DNA of 54,380 nt, counting the filler, from Catajapyx aquilonaris (lineage: Eukaryota), in assembly GCA_000934665.2 (NCBI GenBank). It is 3 parts of 3 records of this genome, joined end to end, with 100 filler letters (N's around TTAATTAATTAA, not from the genome) between each part and the next. Parts side by side here need not be neighbours in the genome. Positions count along the whole stretch, not along the records: positions 28,935 to 54,380 come from JYFJ02007807.1; 2 more parts are not named here. One strand, written 5' to 3'. Below the pieces are notes generated by a model. That model saw nothing but the letters and a program-made list of their open reading frames with translations, did no database searches and had not been told where the DNA came from. Positions 34,800 through 48,800 of this stretch are shown here, in pieces. The first letter of the stretch is position 1. Each line of letters starts with the position of its first letter. The translations under genes and the position numbers were made by a program.

Positions 34800-35009
34800 G
34801 GGGGAAGTGGCTGTGTCGCAAACGCAAGGCTGCAAATATAGATTTTTTGGGGGGATTTTGTAATGACCGAATATGGCAGGGGAAGGGGTATGCTGTACCA
34901 ACCTAACCTAACCTTCCTTCCTTACAGATACAGACCTATCTTCAGCAGATAGACGCATATCCTTCCTTCAGCCTGCCTGCTCCATTTTTGCGACACAGCC
35001 ACTGCCCCC
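34800..35009. mobile_element. MITE-like element with an internal (AACCT)n tract
   Basis: 23-bp inverted termini gggggaagtggctgtgtcgcaaa / tttgcgacacagccactgccccc (one mismatch); aacctaacctaacct near 34900. Confidence 0.65.
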
Positions 35010-38000
35010 AGCCGCGTTAGCCTACTCTAGCCTATTTTTGTACTGTTGACTGACTCACTTTTACCTGAATGAACCTTGTAAGTTGTAAGCTTCCGCATAT
35101 TTGTTTAGCTTGATTGTTACATACCCGGATAGCTCCGGATATTTTCTTTAAATACCGGTACTAGTTATCCGATAGTTTAGAAGGTTCAGACTAATTTGCC
35201 TGATATGTGACTTTTGGATTTCCAGTTTCGAACCATCCTGTAGGGGTTTTGCATAATTGATTCTAATTGTGATGTCAAATAGGGCAATGCAGAGCAGTTG
35301 CATAGGGCCCAAGTCCAGAATCATATTGGTGGCGGGTGTTCGTACAGTACTGTACCATATACGAGCCTCTCATGCAGAAACCGTTTCTGCGTCAGACACC
35401 ACTGTGACTGTAGTATAACTTTTTGTCCCATTTGTCACACCACTACATACTGTAAAATTCTAAATAAGTCATATGGAACTGTAATTCACTGAAACCCTGA
35501 AACCCCGCGTTTTTATACAAATTGCAATATTTTTACCGCCTTGCATGTGTTGAAAAGAAAACTTGTCACGGTAAACAATATGTTTATGGCACACAGTATG
35601 GTTTATTTCACCAAATGCGGATTGAATTTATTGATTGCTTTGTGCTTGACTGTAGTGCAGGGGCGTAAAAAAAAAGTGAGCACTGCCTGCATTAGTAATG
35701 AACTGTAGGTATGTTTTGCGATAGTTGGTCACGTTTGGAGCTGTGGGCTAATCAGCCTTACAAATTTACACAATTGACTTGCAAAAGGATGGGGTTCAGC
35801 TCAGCTTAGAATAAGCAGACGCTTTTACTCCAAACAGTACACACTGCAACGAATTCCCTGGACGGAAACCGCAACACAAATTTTTTTTTTTCGGAGTCCC
35901 TGAGCCTGGGTCTAGACCAAATATGAAATGGAGAGTATTATACCACATCTCATGTAGTACGTCATAGATCTGCAAACACGAACTGGTGTACTCAGATGTT
36001 CTGATTGAAACAGGGAGGTTGTGTGTGCTGTACACTTTGGAGCAATATCGCAGAGTTTTGCGAGGACTGGTTCTCCTTTGTGAACATCAGTTTTCAAAGT
36101 CAAAGAGAAAAGAGTGGAGAGCCTGTAAAATACATCGGGGTAGCTCTGAGGCCTATGGGAAAACGGCCCTCGTTGAGGAAGCGTGTCTAAGCCAGAACAA
36201 AAAAAGGAGACAAAAAATGCCTCCGGTTGCATTACTCCAGATGAACAGTGCCTGCTTTATGGATAAACCTGGTAATTCCCTTTCTTTTCCAACATATGTT
36301 TTATTTAGGTGTTGATGGAGCTTTTTCTTTGTGGTGGACACCGTCTAATTACAAAATTTACCACCTTTACTGCATGAATAAAATAGCGTGCAAACTTTGT
36401 TTCCAACTTGAGAGAAGAAATGTTGCTCCCTTCCCACCATAATTAATTTTGCCATTTTGCCCCGAGTGTTGACTCACGTTTCTAGTTCCCCCTTCTCAAT
36501 TGGAGCGTCAAATTGCTTATGTTAATTGGATAGTGAGTGTAGGTGGGTGGGGCTTGAGTATATGGAGGTAAAGTGATGATGTCCAAAGCACGACTTGTTG
36601 TGTGAAGTTATCTTGATGGCTATCCCCAGGTAGCCCGTCCACCTCATTATTTTATGACCGCTTTTTGTATCAAACGTGGGGATCTATTAAATTACTTCTC
36701 ATTCAGGACTTGCTTGCTCACCAGGAAACGGGCACTAAAAGCGTCCCTCTAATTTCCCGGCCGCAAATGAAGACCACGGAACTTGTAGAAGGGAGGGGGA
36801 GACCCGCCTATAATGCTTTGATTTATGGCTGTTTAAACTTAATTAACGTTTTCGGCGTTTGGGTGAAAACGTTGGGTTGTTTTGGTGGGGGGGAGATGTA
36901 GAGCGGTCGGTCTCTCAAACTCGATCGCAAACAACAATTCCAGGTGTCAATCAAGTATTCAGGGATAGGAAAGTTTCAATTTGATTTTCACGCTCCCTGG
37001 AAGCCACGCCGTGCAATTTTCCCCTTGGTTGTGTAACTTATAGTCCCCCCCCCCCTCCTTCTATCAAGACCTCAGCAACGATGCTCCACACCTTGTGTCA
37101 AGGGAAGTGGAGTTGGGAAGAGGCAGACTAAGGAGGCTCTAAGTATTTTGTCTTTCAAGATGAAGATGCCAAACTGGACTCTGTCAGACCAAATGAGAAG
37201 TTGCTTATTCTCATGAGGGTATATTTGCATGTTTACTAAAATCGTACTGTCGCAACCAGGCATAACAACATGGTAAATGGATATTGATTTTGTGCTACTT
37301 TTGAGTATCAGATTCAGTGTTGAAGAGAGAATAATTGACGATGTTTGTTACAAAGCGAGGTGGGCTCTAATAACATAACTAAAATTGAGTCAATAGCTGA
37401 ATGGGGGTGCATCGTGCCTGGTCATCAATATTGCTGAGGGATATTTTTCTGACACTGTACTGCCCATGCAAGGCGTTTTAAGTTCCACCGAACATATCCA
37501 GCTCAGCTTGCATCAAAATAGATAGACTTCGCTACTTCTATACATCGCACCAGGAGTTGGCAGGAAGTTACTCGTAGGCTACGTAATGCCATTAGTTGGG
37601 TGCGTAGACCTATAGAGGAATGAAGTCAGAGTAGGGTGACAGAGTTGGAATAGGGGAAGGTGGCGCGTAACAATACAGAGCGCTACTATAGGCACCATAC
37701 TACCAGATATTGAATTTTCCGATTGAAATATTCAGCTTTTTATCGAGTCCTGTGTGACCACGGAGGTAACTTCAGTTTCCAATATTGGACTGTGTAACAA
37801 TGATGGAACTGAAGCCTAAATGTTCGACATATTCATAATTAGTGACGCTGTAAGTGAATGAGTGGATTTATATGCCGTTAAACGGGAAATAGTATAAAAT
37901 GTGCAGTGAGTCTGAAATGATGTATTTCAGAATCATATGGCTACAATCAGTATTACACAGTAGTTTAGTTTTCAGTAGGCCTACTAGCTTGTCTCAGCCT

Positions 38001-41000
38001 AGAAATAAAGAAACAATAATATATTAGGGAATAATAATTCTCAGATCCTATTTCATCGTAACTTATATGCATTGAAATAAATTAATATAAATGTTTGAAA
38101 TACTCCGTACACTGCCGCACTGTCAACTGCAGGATGTCAACTTCGCTTCATATTTTTGGTAAGTTTGTTTGGCTTAGTCAACAGTGTATGGCCTGAGGGA
38201 CAGAGAGGTAGAGAATTTTGGAGTGTTGGTCACGAATTGAGTCATGGAGGGCAACTGGAAGCGTCAGTGCGCATGCTTTACACAGAATAAACTTACAGTC
38301 ATGTAAGGGAAACAGCAACAGAAAGTATAGCAGAAACCTACCCAAAGTAATTTTTAAAGTAATTTGTCAGTTAAAATTAGAATGTCCTCTTTCATATGGC
38401 AATCTACTTTTATGCTAATTTTGTACTAAATTCTTTAGAGGGAAACGAAAAAAAATAAAAGTGGGGCATGAATTATAATTTCCCGTTTAGAGAATAATAT
38501 TGTTTCTTCCCTATCACTTCATCTCTCATTGAGTCATCACTTTTTATATGCGTAGAGCATCACAAATTGCGTATAAATATGTCTTGAGTGATGTGTATTC
38601 TCCCTAACTCATGCATGTTAGCAGGCGGACACTTGTCATAAACAGTTCAACTGTGCCAATTATTTTTTTGAAAGTTTGAAGGGAGGTGTTGAATCGGTAG
38701 CAATTTTGCTGGGGCCCGGGAAAGAGGAACTTGTCCAGCCACCCTCCCAATTCATTACCGGCCTTTTGAAAATTACTTCGGATTTCCTGCTCGACTGCAG
38801 TACGACCTGAGCTGGATTCTGGCCCGTTACGTATGGAAGGGCACAAACGTGGTATTTTGTCCTGACTTTGATAATACGACCTCACAAAGCAAGGGCTTTG
38901 TCTAATTACACTGGCTAACTACTTTGACGTAGAAATACTGGGGCATATAAGGCATATTGGTCTACAGTATACTTCAAAGTTTTAATGGCAACATCAGAGA
39001 GATCATGGCAGAAAATCATATTTTATATACCGTACTGTATACCTGCATGGGGGGATCTATTAATATTGTTATGATATACAGTATGAGGACGTACTTTGAG
39101 GATGCATGTGTGCTAAATTCCTACTAATTTACATATGTGAAATTAATATTATTTGTACAACCCAGAAACAGTTTTGTTGACAAAACGAAAGCCAGCAATA
39201 TATTTCAGATCATGGAAGAATAACGTGTGAAAGTTCAGGACAGTCACTGTGTTGAAAGAATCTGAGACGACTGCGCACTTTTTGTTAATTAAATTAAGAA
39301 ATTTCTTATTGTCTGATAGTTAACGTTATGTGCAATTAGATATTTATATGTTTAGTTATTAATTCATGACCAAAAATAATATGTATAAATGAATGATACA
39401 TTATTTTTGAAGGAAAATAATACATGATTCAAAGCAGTAACACCGCTTGCCCTTAAATACTTGCAAGAGAATTTCTCGCAAACTCAACAGCGCCATATGA
39501 TGGCAAATATTTTACATATCATGTCCCCAAACCTCATGCCAATGAGGCCAGTTTTAGAAACATTACACCTGATTTTGCAAGCCAATGCCAAGCACTCTCT
39601 CCGCCAAGCCACCTCTTCTCTCACACAGTAAAGTCCACAGGCTCTCGACTGCCAACAATTTTCTATAGGTGACAAAACATGGCAAGGTGACTTGATGCAA
39701 TCCTGGACCATAGTCTGGATTGTTTTTAAAATTCTCAGAGACGTCCCACTTGAATTGGAGAATGTAAATGACTATTAATATGGGGTGGAATTTTCGAGTG
39801 AGAGTGAATTTTTCATACTTCCTCAAGTCTGAATATAACTGGCAGGAATTGGTCAGCGGCAAGTTTCGAATGAGTAGGCAGGAGAGGGCGGGTTCACATG
39901 GAAGAGGTGGCGTACAGTACATGTGTGGGGAAATACCTCTTTGTAATAATGTCATGCATGAAAATGACGAATCCGGTGCAGGTTCTCATAACCCGCGGAT
40001 ACTACTCTGACAAAGATGTGGTTCACGCTGGTGTGGCGTAATTGGGGAAGGACGAGGCCAACGTGACGTAGAATGACGTGGGGGAGGGGTTGGCCTAATA
40101 AATCCCAAACCCAACTAACCTGTAGGGCTGCAATATGCAAGGTCCTGTGAAAGGGCCTTTCGGGACCCTGCAGGAAATATTTAATATTAACGTGCCCTTG
40201 CCACTCTTGTTACAGATGTGTGTCGCATTCATACATGGTCGCATGTGCAATGCACGCCAGGGGACGTTGCTTAATATTGGTTATTACCTGTGAGGAATGT
40301 GACATTGATGATGATGATGAAAATAAATGAAAAATTGATTAAAATTCCACCCTACTCAAGATATGTGTCAACTTGCCCCGAGCAGGGGCAAGTTGTTATA
40401 ATTATGTCAGGACTTTGAAGAAAACATATTCTTGTTCGTTGGTTGATTGATTGATTATATTCATAATTTACACATTTGCTACGAATAAAATGAAGTGGTT
40501 GATATGAATATTTCCCCCTTTGAAAGACTATGCCAGCAAAAAAATTATATCCGAAAAAGTACTCCAACTAACCCCATTCCCCTCCCCCACCCCCTACAGC
40601 TGCGCTATCCTATAAATCATTAATACCTTTGTGAAGTTCCCAGAAAACGCCATGTAACGGCGCTAGAGCCCTTCAAAATTGGTTTCCATAGGGCCATTTG
40701 GCCAAAAGGTCCAGTCTAGTTACGTACTGTAACAATTTTGGTGGACCATTTGACGATTTTACGAGTCAGTGGCGTTCTTTTAGCATGCAGTAGTTGTAGG
40801 CTTTGTAATACAGTAGAATCGGTAGCAGGTTTGCTTCCAGGAAATTTAGGAAACCACTAACGACTACAGATCAGGAAAGCTGGAAGGATAGCAGAAAAAA
40901 GGAGCTGCTAATAAGAATCAATTCATTTGTCAGGAGGAATCAATTTTACACCTCATTTTCATTCAATCGTTATGGTGGCAATTCAAATGGTAATTGAATG

Positions 41001-41022
41001 TGTAAAATGTATGAAGCCCTTG

Positions 41023-41971
41023 ATGAAGCCTTTTTTTGCAAAAACAACATAACTTACGTCAAAAATGAGCTATGACTTCTACCTAATAGTTCCAAGCCTT
41101 GCGCTCTTAATGGTTCAACACCAATGCAAAAAGATAGCCTAATTGCCAAGGGAGGAAAAAAAATCGAGAATAAAATTCACATTATGCAAGGTGAGCATAT
41201 GTCAATTTTTCCGAGTGGAATATTTACAGCAGAATAGCACTAATGGTGTGACATGTTATACATATCTTCCATGAGGGAGGAGTAGTCAGGGAGGGTCAGA
41301 ATCGTGGTCAGAAACAAGGTCAGAAAGATATCTTGTTAATGTTGGTTAATTACTTGTCACTGCACCTTCCTATACTGACTGTCAAACCCTTATACTCATC
41401 AGTCACAGATATGACACTGATGAATGAAATCATAAGTGTAGTGGCTGTGAAGATGTGTAGAAATCAATGAGTGCATTTTTTGACAATTAAAATCATAAAT
41501 TATTAACAATTACTGGATAGTGCAAAATGGAACATCATGAATTATTATTCCACCATTTACGCAAGAACAGCATATGTCAATATCGGTCTGTAATATTTTC
41601 CTACGTTACTACCACTTGCAGAGCTTGATATTTATAATGTGTAGGAATCAATAGGTGCATTCTTTGATGGTGAAAATAATGTATTTCTTTATCAAATATA
41701 ATGAAAAGTGGGAAAATTATGCATCATCATTCTACCTTTTACGTAAGAACAGCATAATTATGTCAAAACCCGTCTGAAATTTTTCCAGCATTACTATACT
41801 GCTTGCAGATATTTGAACTTCGTGTCATGATAATGTCACATCAGTGTTCATAACACAGTATTTTTTCATCTGTGAAAATCCTATTTTGTAGTGCAGAGAA
41901 TGTTTTTTGTGTCTCCTGAAAAGTGACATTTTTTGACATTACTTATGTTGTTTTTGCAAAAAAGACTTCAT
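41023..41971. mobile_element. Old non-autonomous TIR element
   Basis: Imperfect ~45-bp inverted termini (atgaagcctttttttgcaaaaacaacataac... / ...ttatgttgtttttgcaaaaaagacttcat); ttg on both flanks; internal degenerate duplication (~41526-41633 vs ~41705-41820). Confidence 0.6.
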
Positions 41972-44900
41972 TTGTAACAAATAAATCTGATAATCAAATA
42001 GAGACAATGCAAAAATGATGCAACTTTTCCGTATTTTTGTAGGGTATTAAAATGAGAATGCTTAATACCGCTATACATTCCCGGAAACGTACCTTTCAAT
42101 TTGGATAGAGAAGTTTCATTGTGTACATTAATATTTGTCGTGGTTGGTTGTCGGTGGAAGCCAAATAGGGAAAAGAAACTGTCAGGCCCCGAAGTATTAA
42201 ACCGACCTCGTTTCATCTGATGCGGAAATCACTGATATGTTTACCTTCTTTTCGGGGTAAAGGAAAATAGAATCTGGAGGCCAGGCAACCAATCGATCCG
42301 TTTATGCTGATTTTGTTGACATTTGCATAAGGGATAAAGGAGCGCAGTTTTATCAGTCGCCAATTCAGATTTTTCAATAGGCAGGGTAAACCATGGCTCT
42401 CTCCAAAGCCCATTCCTAATTCATTGGCATCGGCCAACCTATGTGCCCTTGTCAAGACTTGGCCTCGTGGATCTTGACAAATTCCTGACAGATAGCCATT
42501 TGATCTTCAGCGCTCACATTTATATTGATCACGGCTTTCCGGAAGGGGGGATTTCCTGCCTGATTTCGATTGGACTGCTCTATCTGTTAGATGAGAGTCA
42601 TAACCTGAAGCGGGGACATCAAATTTTTACTTGCAATGCACTCTGGAGACTTCGAGGGCATATTTCACGACTTGAGGATGAATATTCTGCCCCCACGGAG
42701 GGTTTTACATGGAAGCTTGCTATTAGCTTGATTATCAAAAAGACATGAGATAATTGAGTGGACGTGAACCACGCAACTTGAGTCCCTCACCCTCTTCCGG
42801 GCTGTAATGCATCATATGTTGAGCATACTTTGGACAAGCCTCGCACGAGGATCTTAGAAAGCCACTGCCTCGCCTTCTATCACGCCAACAAGGCTCATTT
42901 ACGTGGTGCAAAATGGGAATATCCCATGCTACTTAAGTGGAGAAGCCGCTTGTCACGAATCAATGAGCACTCACGATTAAATCTGGAAACTACCATCTAG
43001 GTAAAGACTACGTGTGAATAGTTTACACTTCCACCCTTGCCAAGTATAGCACTAATAGTGGCAGTCCTAAATTGGACTTCTGGTAAAAATTCTTCGTTAC
43101 TGCACCCAAAAATATCCAACTATGCTCAATATTGATTAGGCTATTTTTCTGTAAAACCGAGAAACTAAATATTGGCTAACCGGCATTACTTAGTTTAATT
43201 AGTTAGAACTTTGTTAGGTTGAGTTCGAAAAAGTAAGATTAGTGGTTGGTTTAAGTGGTCCTGCAAAAGTTCTTTCCAAATATGGTGCCAAAAGACTGTT
43301 TTCGAAAACTGTTATTGGTAAAAGGTAGCCTATCTACATTAGGGTGACTTTACATGAATAGCATGTGAAATGCGACACTGGGATTGTAAATATAAGCCCC
43401 ATGTGAATAGCGTGTGGAAAGGGCCTCATCAGTGGGTGCGATGTGTATATGGACGGGATATTGGCAACATGCAGGGTATTTGTGCATGTAGGTTTTAGTA
43501 TAGAGCGTGTCACGAATTATACACCACTATGCCTAGCCTCTGCGATCAGTTTTATTCTGCATGAGTCGTGATGATTCAGTGACTGCAACTACCTGTTGAC
43601 TAGCTCCCATCTTCTGCTTTGTGTCTTTTATTGTCTCATTTTGACTCCAAGCCCACCACTGGTTGTTTTCTTCCCGGCATCCTCCAATTGTCTCTTGGAA
43701 GGTGACGAGCCATCATTTTGACCTGTATGGCTTTATAGGTATAAAAGGAAGGCTCGAGGCTGGGGGTCCGATAAAGGCCAAGTAAACAGCGAGCCCATTC
43801 AGACTTAACAGCGCCATTAGATTTTTGTTAGTAGACATTTATACAGGGGCGAGAAAAATATCGTCGACGTAATTCGGGCCTTGTACACATATCTCTGAAA
43901 TCAATTTGAGGGGGGGGGGGGGTTTGAGGTCCCTGGCACGTCATGGAAAACAGTAAGCATCAGGTCGAAAGCGTCGGTTTCCGAAAGCGATAATAAGACC
44001 CAAAGAGCTTGTTGAAAGGAAGAGCTAATGGGTCGGTCGCACGAATAAGGAAATCCGCGAGATTAACATGAGTTATCCTGCAGATAAAAACGTGCAGAGC
44101 CAACTCTCGACAGTAAATAAAAGGTCCCCCCGCGAAACCTTTCACGGAATCCGTATCTAAAAGATGCATTAAACTGGTCAGTCTACACGAGATACTACAG
44201 CGTGCCCTGCGACCATGCTCCAACCATGCAATTCCTGCCATACAAAGGACCCCCCTTTTTTTCGTCTTCCTCCACTTCCACGCCTCTCGCCCGCAGCGCT
44301 ATTGTCGTCGACAACTTTTAATTATTCCACCAGGTTAGTAGACATTAGTTCTGGAAAAAAAGGAGAAAGCAGTAGGAGACTTAATTTTGCAATGAAAAGA
44401 GAAGGACCTATCACGCGACGCTTCATACGCTGTTCTATAACCTGGTGGTATAGGCCACTGAAACACTTTGTAGGTGAAACATATGTTGAAGAAAATTCAT
44501 AATATTTTGCGTGTTGAGAGTTGGAAAGATTAGACCCATTTCTAAGATGCACGATTGAGGGCATTCCTATGATTCACGCTGAGGTTTCTGGTGGTTGAAT
44601 TTGCTGTGTAAATTTTGATGCACGCAATCCACTATCGATAGTGGTCCGCAAAAAAAAAAAAAATCAATACTGGAGAGTTATGGATGGAGCCTGTTAGTGA
44701 CACTTTTACCTGTGGTGCCGGTATCTGATTTCTCACGGGCAATCAAAGAACCTGAGGTCAGCGATTTTGGCGATGAGGATGTTGTGAAGGTGCGACGCTT
44801 TTAAGTGGATTGCTCACGTCTCGTACGTTTCCGTGTCAGGAATGGGTCGAGTGGGTGACAGTGGGAAGTCATGTGCACGGTCATTTTTTGTTGTTGTAAA

Positions 44901-45360
44901 AACTAGCGATTCGGAGGGATAGGGGATAAAGGAATACCATGCTTTGACTAATAAATTGTTTTGGTACAGTCGGGTACAGTTCATTATGGGGCGTCGTCAT
45001 TGGTGAAGAAAGATTTTGCTCAGAGGCTGTAAGATACGGTATTATTTATTTTGCGCAATATTTAAAGTATTAATCAATTCAAATATAGGCCCTATAGATC
45101 GCAAAAAGATAGCAAAATTCTTCCCTTCACGATGCGACGTGGCCTGATATAGACAGTTACATAACTATCGTACTGAATCTGACACTGAATTGGACTGTCC
45201 TCTCTATGGTGGTGAATTTGAATTATACAAGTAGAAACAAGTGTGTACTTAGTAGCCTATACGGTGTATATTTTCAATCCTGTTTGACTGCAATGGTCAT
45301 AATAGCTTTGTAATCTGAAACGGCAATCTCTCAATTTTACATGCAGCACTACAGTTAGTA

Positions 45361-45603
45361 CGGTGGGTTCCAAATATTGCGGTATTTTTTAGTTTTCGCA
45401 AATTTTGCCCGAAGTTGTTATTTTGTGTAGCTTTTTGCGCCCCGATCAAAAGGTGCCTTATTATATAGCAGCAGCTTTATTCGACCACACCTGGGAATAA
45501 TTGGGTACCTTGCCTTGATCAGGGCGCAAAATGCTGCATAAAAAAATAGCTTCGGGCGGAATTTGAGATAACTTAAATGACCCCCAATGCTTGGAACACA
45601 CTG
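45361..45603. mobile_element. Foldback/MITE-like long imperfect inverted repeat
   Basis: Arms of about 95-100 bp (cggtgggttccaa...gcccgaag...ttttgcgccc..gatcaa vs ttgatcagggcgcaaaa...cttcgggc...ttggaacacactg) around a short spacer; TA on the left flank. Confidence 0.7.
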
Positions 45604-45715
45604 CATAATTATTTAACATTATAATTGGTTTGGTTTATTAGGAAGAAGCCAAAGCAACTATGGCTATCTGGCTATAAAAAGAAGCAAAGGTGGGACAGAT
45701 GGAGAGAGGAAAGAC

Positions 45716-45879
45716 TGGTATCTCTCTTTGTCTCCTATCCCAAAGACCTGTCCGGCTTGGGTGGCCCTACCAGTAGACAAAGCTACCGCCGGCATAGCTC
45801 TTGGGGGCACGGGAGAAACGCAACCCCCCCCCCCCACCACCACCACCACCACGATAAAGGTGGAGATACCATCGGGGGG
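45716..45879 (-). mobile_element. RTE/BovB-type retrotransposon 5'-end fragment
   Basis: Minus strand reads ccttt-atcgtgg...ggggttgcgt...gagctatgccg...agggccacccaagccggacaggtc, matching my recollection of the conserved RTE/BovB 5' region. Bounded by the inverted pair tggtatctc / gagatacca. No ORF follows. Confidence 0.6.
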
Positions 45880-48800
45880 CATTATAATAGAGTCACAGGA
45901 CGAGCAGAATTGCAATTAAGAACATATAGTCGCAAACCCTTTCCAAATATATTCATAGCTACTGTACACCCCGAACTCTCACGTGACTTAAGGTTGGACA
46001 AGTCCCAGCACGCAAAAGCAGGATTAGGACGGTTTCTGTCCGCAAATGATAATATGGACGTATTCCCAGTTTGGTCTTTTATTATACACAAGACGTTGCA
46101 GTTGTACAGTACTCGTAGTGTCCTCATTTCCAGTATAACTTTCCTTTTTCAAGCACATTCACTGGGCCATTTTCTAGAAAATCTCGTACTGGTCATAGAC
46201 TGAATCGTTAAATGGTCGACGAATGTTTGTCTGGAACGCTCGGGAAGGCAACTCGGTCTATTTGTATAAATGAATAGTGCTCTTTTTTTTGCTCTTGTCC
46301 CTGCAGTTTGTTTAGTAGGCTAGTGCGGAGCAACTGGAGGGGAGCAGAGATCGTCCTCAGATGAAACTAGTTTGGAGACTTTATAGGTTTCCTTCTATTT
46401 TCGTTTCCATCTGACCCCAAGCTGCGGCTCTCTGGATCCTATATCGTATCAATTGACTTTGCAATTTCCGGATATCATTCTTCTAACTTTTATTGGCTTC
46501 CTTGCGATTTTCTACTTATTCCGGCTTGTTTTGATTGTTCCGTCTTGATGACATTTTTGAGTATACCATAGATCCGTAATATCCGTGTTATTCTGAAAAA
46601 TAAACGCGAATCGCATCTGTACCGCGTACTGTATGATTCACATTTTGTCTGTAAATTGAAACAAAACATACAGTTGCTCCGGCGCGCTTTGCAATTCAGC
46701 CAGTGTTATTTCAGGGAGTACTTTAACTGTCGAGAAACAAAATACTGTGCCCAGCGATATCAATTTCGGCAGTGAGTGTACTGTACCTAGAGCTGCTGCT
46801 GGAAAACGACTTGGCATGTTCAAACATTCATGTCCAGCCGAGTTGGAAACAGTGGGTTTTTGTTGCCTTTTGCATTTTGCATCAGTGCCCGGCGATTTAT
46901 TGTATCGGTGCATAAATATCAGGGGCCCAAATTCTGTTCCGGCATGGGAGGATGAACTTTATTTTATTGCCCTGGGAAATGGTCGCGGGATGATGTGCGG
47001 TATTGGAAGTGCTTCGGTGTAAACTGTTCGTTCACGACCCGAATCCGTCCCTTTTTTTGGCACTTGAGTTTCCAGGACAGGCATTTGTCGTCAGCTAGAA
47101 GATTCTGTTGAACGTTTTCAACTCAATCCTGGTCAAAATATTGGTTCTTCTTTGTGTACAAATTGAGAATTTGGGGTCGTTCTTTAACGTTGCTACCCTC
47201 AGGACACTGGTAATCGAGAAGCTGCAATCTGAGCAGACCGTACAGGGTTGGCAATGGAAATAAAATTGTAGGCTACAGTAAGCAAAGAGCTCATTTTGAA
47301 AATACCACGTCAGAGAAGAGGCTGTTGCTTTTGTACTTTTTTAAATGATCATTTTGTCTGAGCTCCACTTTGGGTGATCGTTAATTGAACCAAGAGCTCG
47401 GTATATTGCCATCCATGTAGTCAACAAAATTCCTTGATGTTGTAAGAGAGGAGAGATTAAATTCAGCGTCATATAGAGGCACAAAGTTATTTATAGTCTG
47501 GAAGCTCATTTATGGCTTCCTGGAATTCTGGCGGGGCTATCTGGGCTGTTGGCAGAAATGTGCAGTGGTGGTATTGAATCCGATAGTCTGATTGCAGCAC
47601 CCCGTCTTTGGAAGGAAGCATGGTAAATTCTTGCGCCAGGCATGAAACCGTTGGAGCGAATCCAATCAGAATCCCGGGCGATCCGGAGAAGATGCCAATC
47701 CAGTAAACCTTTGCCGTTAGCGTTGGATTTTCCTCCTCCGGACGTCAAATTATTGCTCATCCGGGACATATTCCTACTTTCGGTCAACCTGCTGCCTCAT
47801 CAGAAGGGGAAATGAATTGATCCATAGATTACTGAGCAGCTAAGGAAGACTCCGGATGAGTCACCAGCCAAGAGATTAATCTCAGGGCCCAGATTCAATC
47901 TCCTCAGCTTCAAGCTGCGTCGCCTATAATGTGTTGGTGAATGCGTTACTTACAGGGTGCCTCTCTGGACCACCTATTCAAGCTAGTGCAGGCTGAGGTT
48001 GAAGTAAGCACTTCAAAGTCAAAATACGACTCCTCTTCTCCCCATTTGGGAAACATCTTCGTATATTAAATTTGAATGGAAGGAATAACTCAAACTGCCA
48101 ATTCCATAGATTATTTCGGAATTTTCAGGATAATATAACATATAACTGTGTTGCTTATAATGTTTCATGAGAGTTTTCTTTTCATATGACTGTACAGTAC
48201 CTTGTTGCAAAGGCGAATATAAGCCATCTGATATACCCCTACAATAAAACAACAACACGTGCTTATGCCACCTATAAAGCAGGGAGACATGCACCAGGAT
48301 TGGTCAACATGGCTAAGTAGAGTGCATGCCCGGGAGATGGCCGCAGTTTCATTTGAAAATTGAGGCTGAGCTTCTCAAAGTTCTGGGGCCGAGTCTCAGT
48401 CAGTATATAGGTAAAAAAAAAAACATCTTTCATCTAAAATTATGCAGCAAAACATGCTCTTCTCCTGAAAATATTTCCAGGAAAGTCTGCGACGCAACCA
48501 AGAGGGCTTGCTTTAAAGACGAGCTTTATAGAAAAGGAACACCGATGGAGTTGGCCGCAGGGTAAAGGATGGTTGAGGTATTACAAGATCGATAACGTCT
48601 TTGGAAGACGGTATTGAAAAGCTAGGATACAATGTTCAGCCCCGGAACCGAGTGGCTGGAAGGAGAAGAAAAGTAGACCCTATCTAAAACCGCAGGTCGT
48701 TTAACCTAATATATGACCTCTCCCTGAAGTCTTGCACAGTATAAATTGGCATTTCCATGGTGATTGGTAAAATATAAAAATATTAATTCTGGTGGTTGTG

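Noticed and set aside
40369..40395. 11-bp hairpin caacttgcccc-gagca-ggggcaagttg
   Set aside because: Real but isolated, with no associated element boundaries or gene; most likely a transposon remnant.
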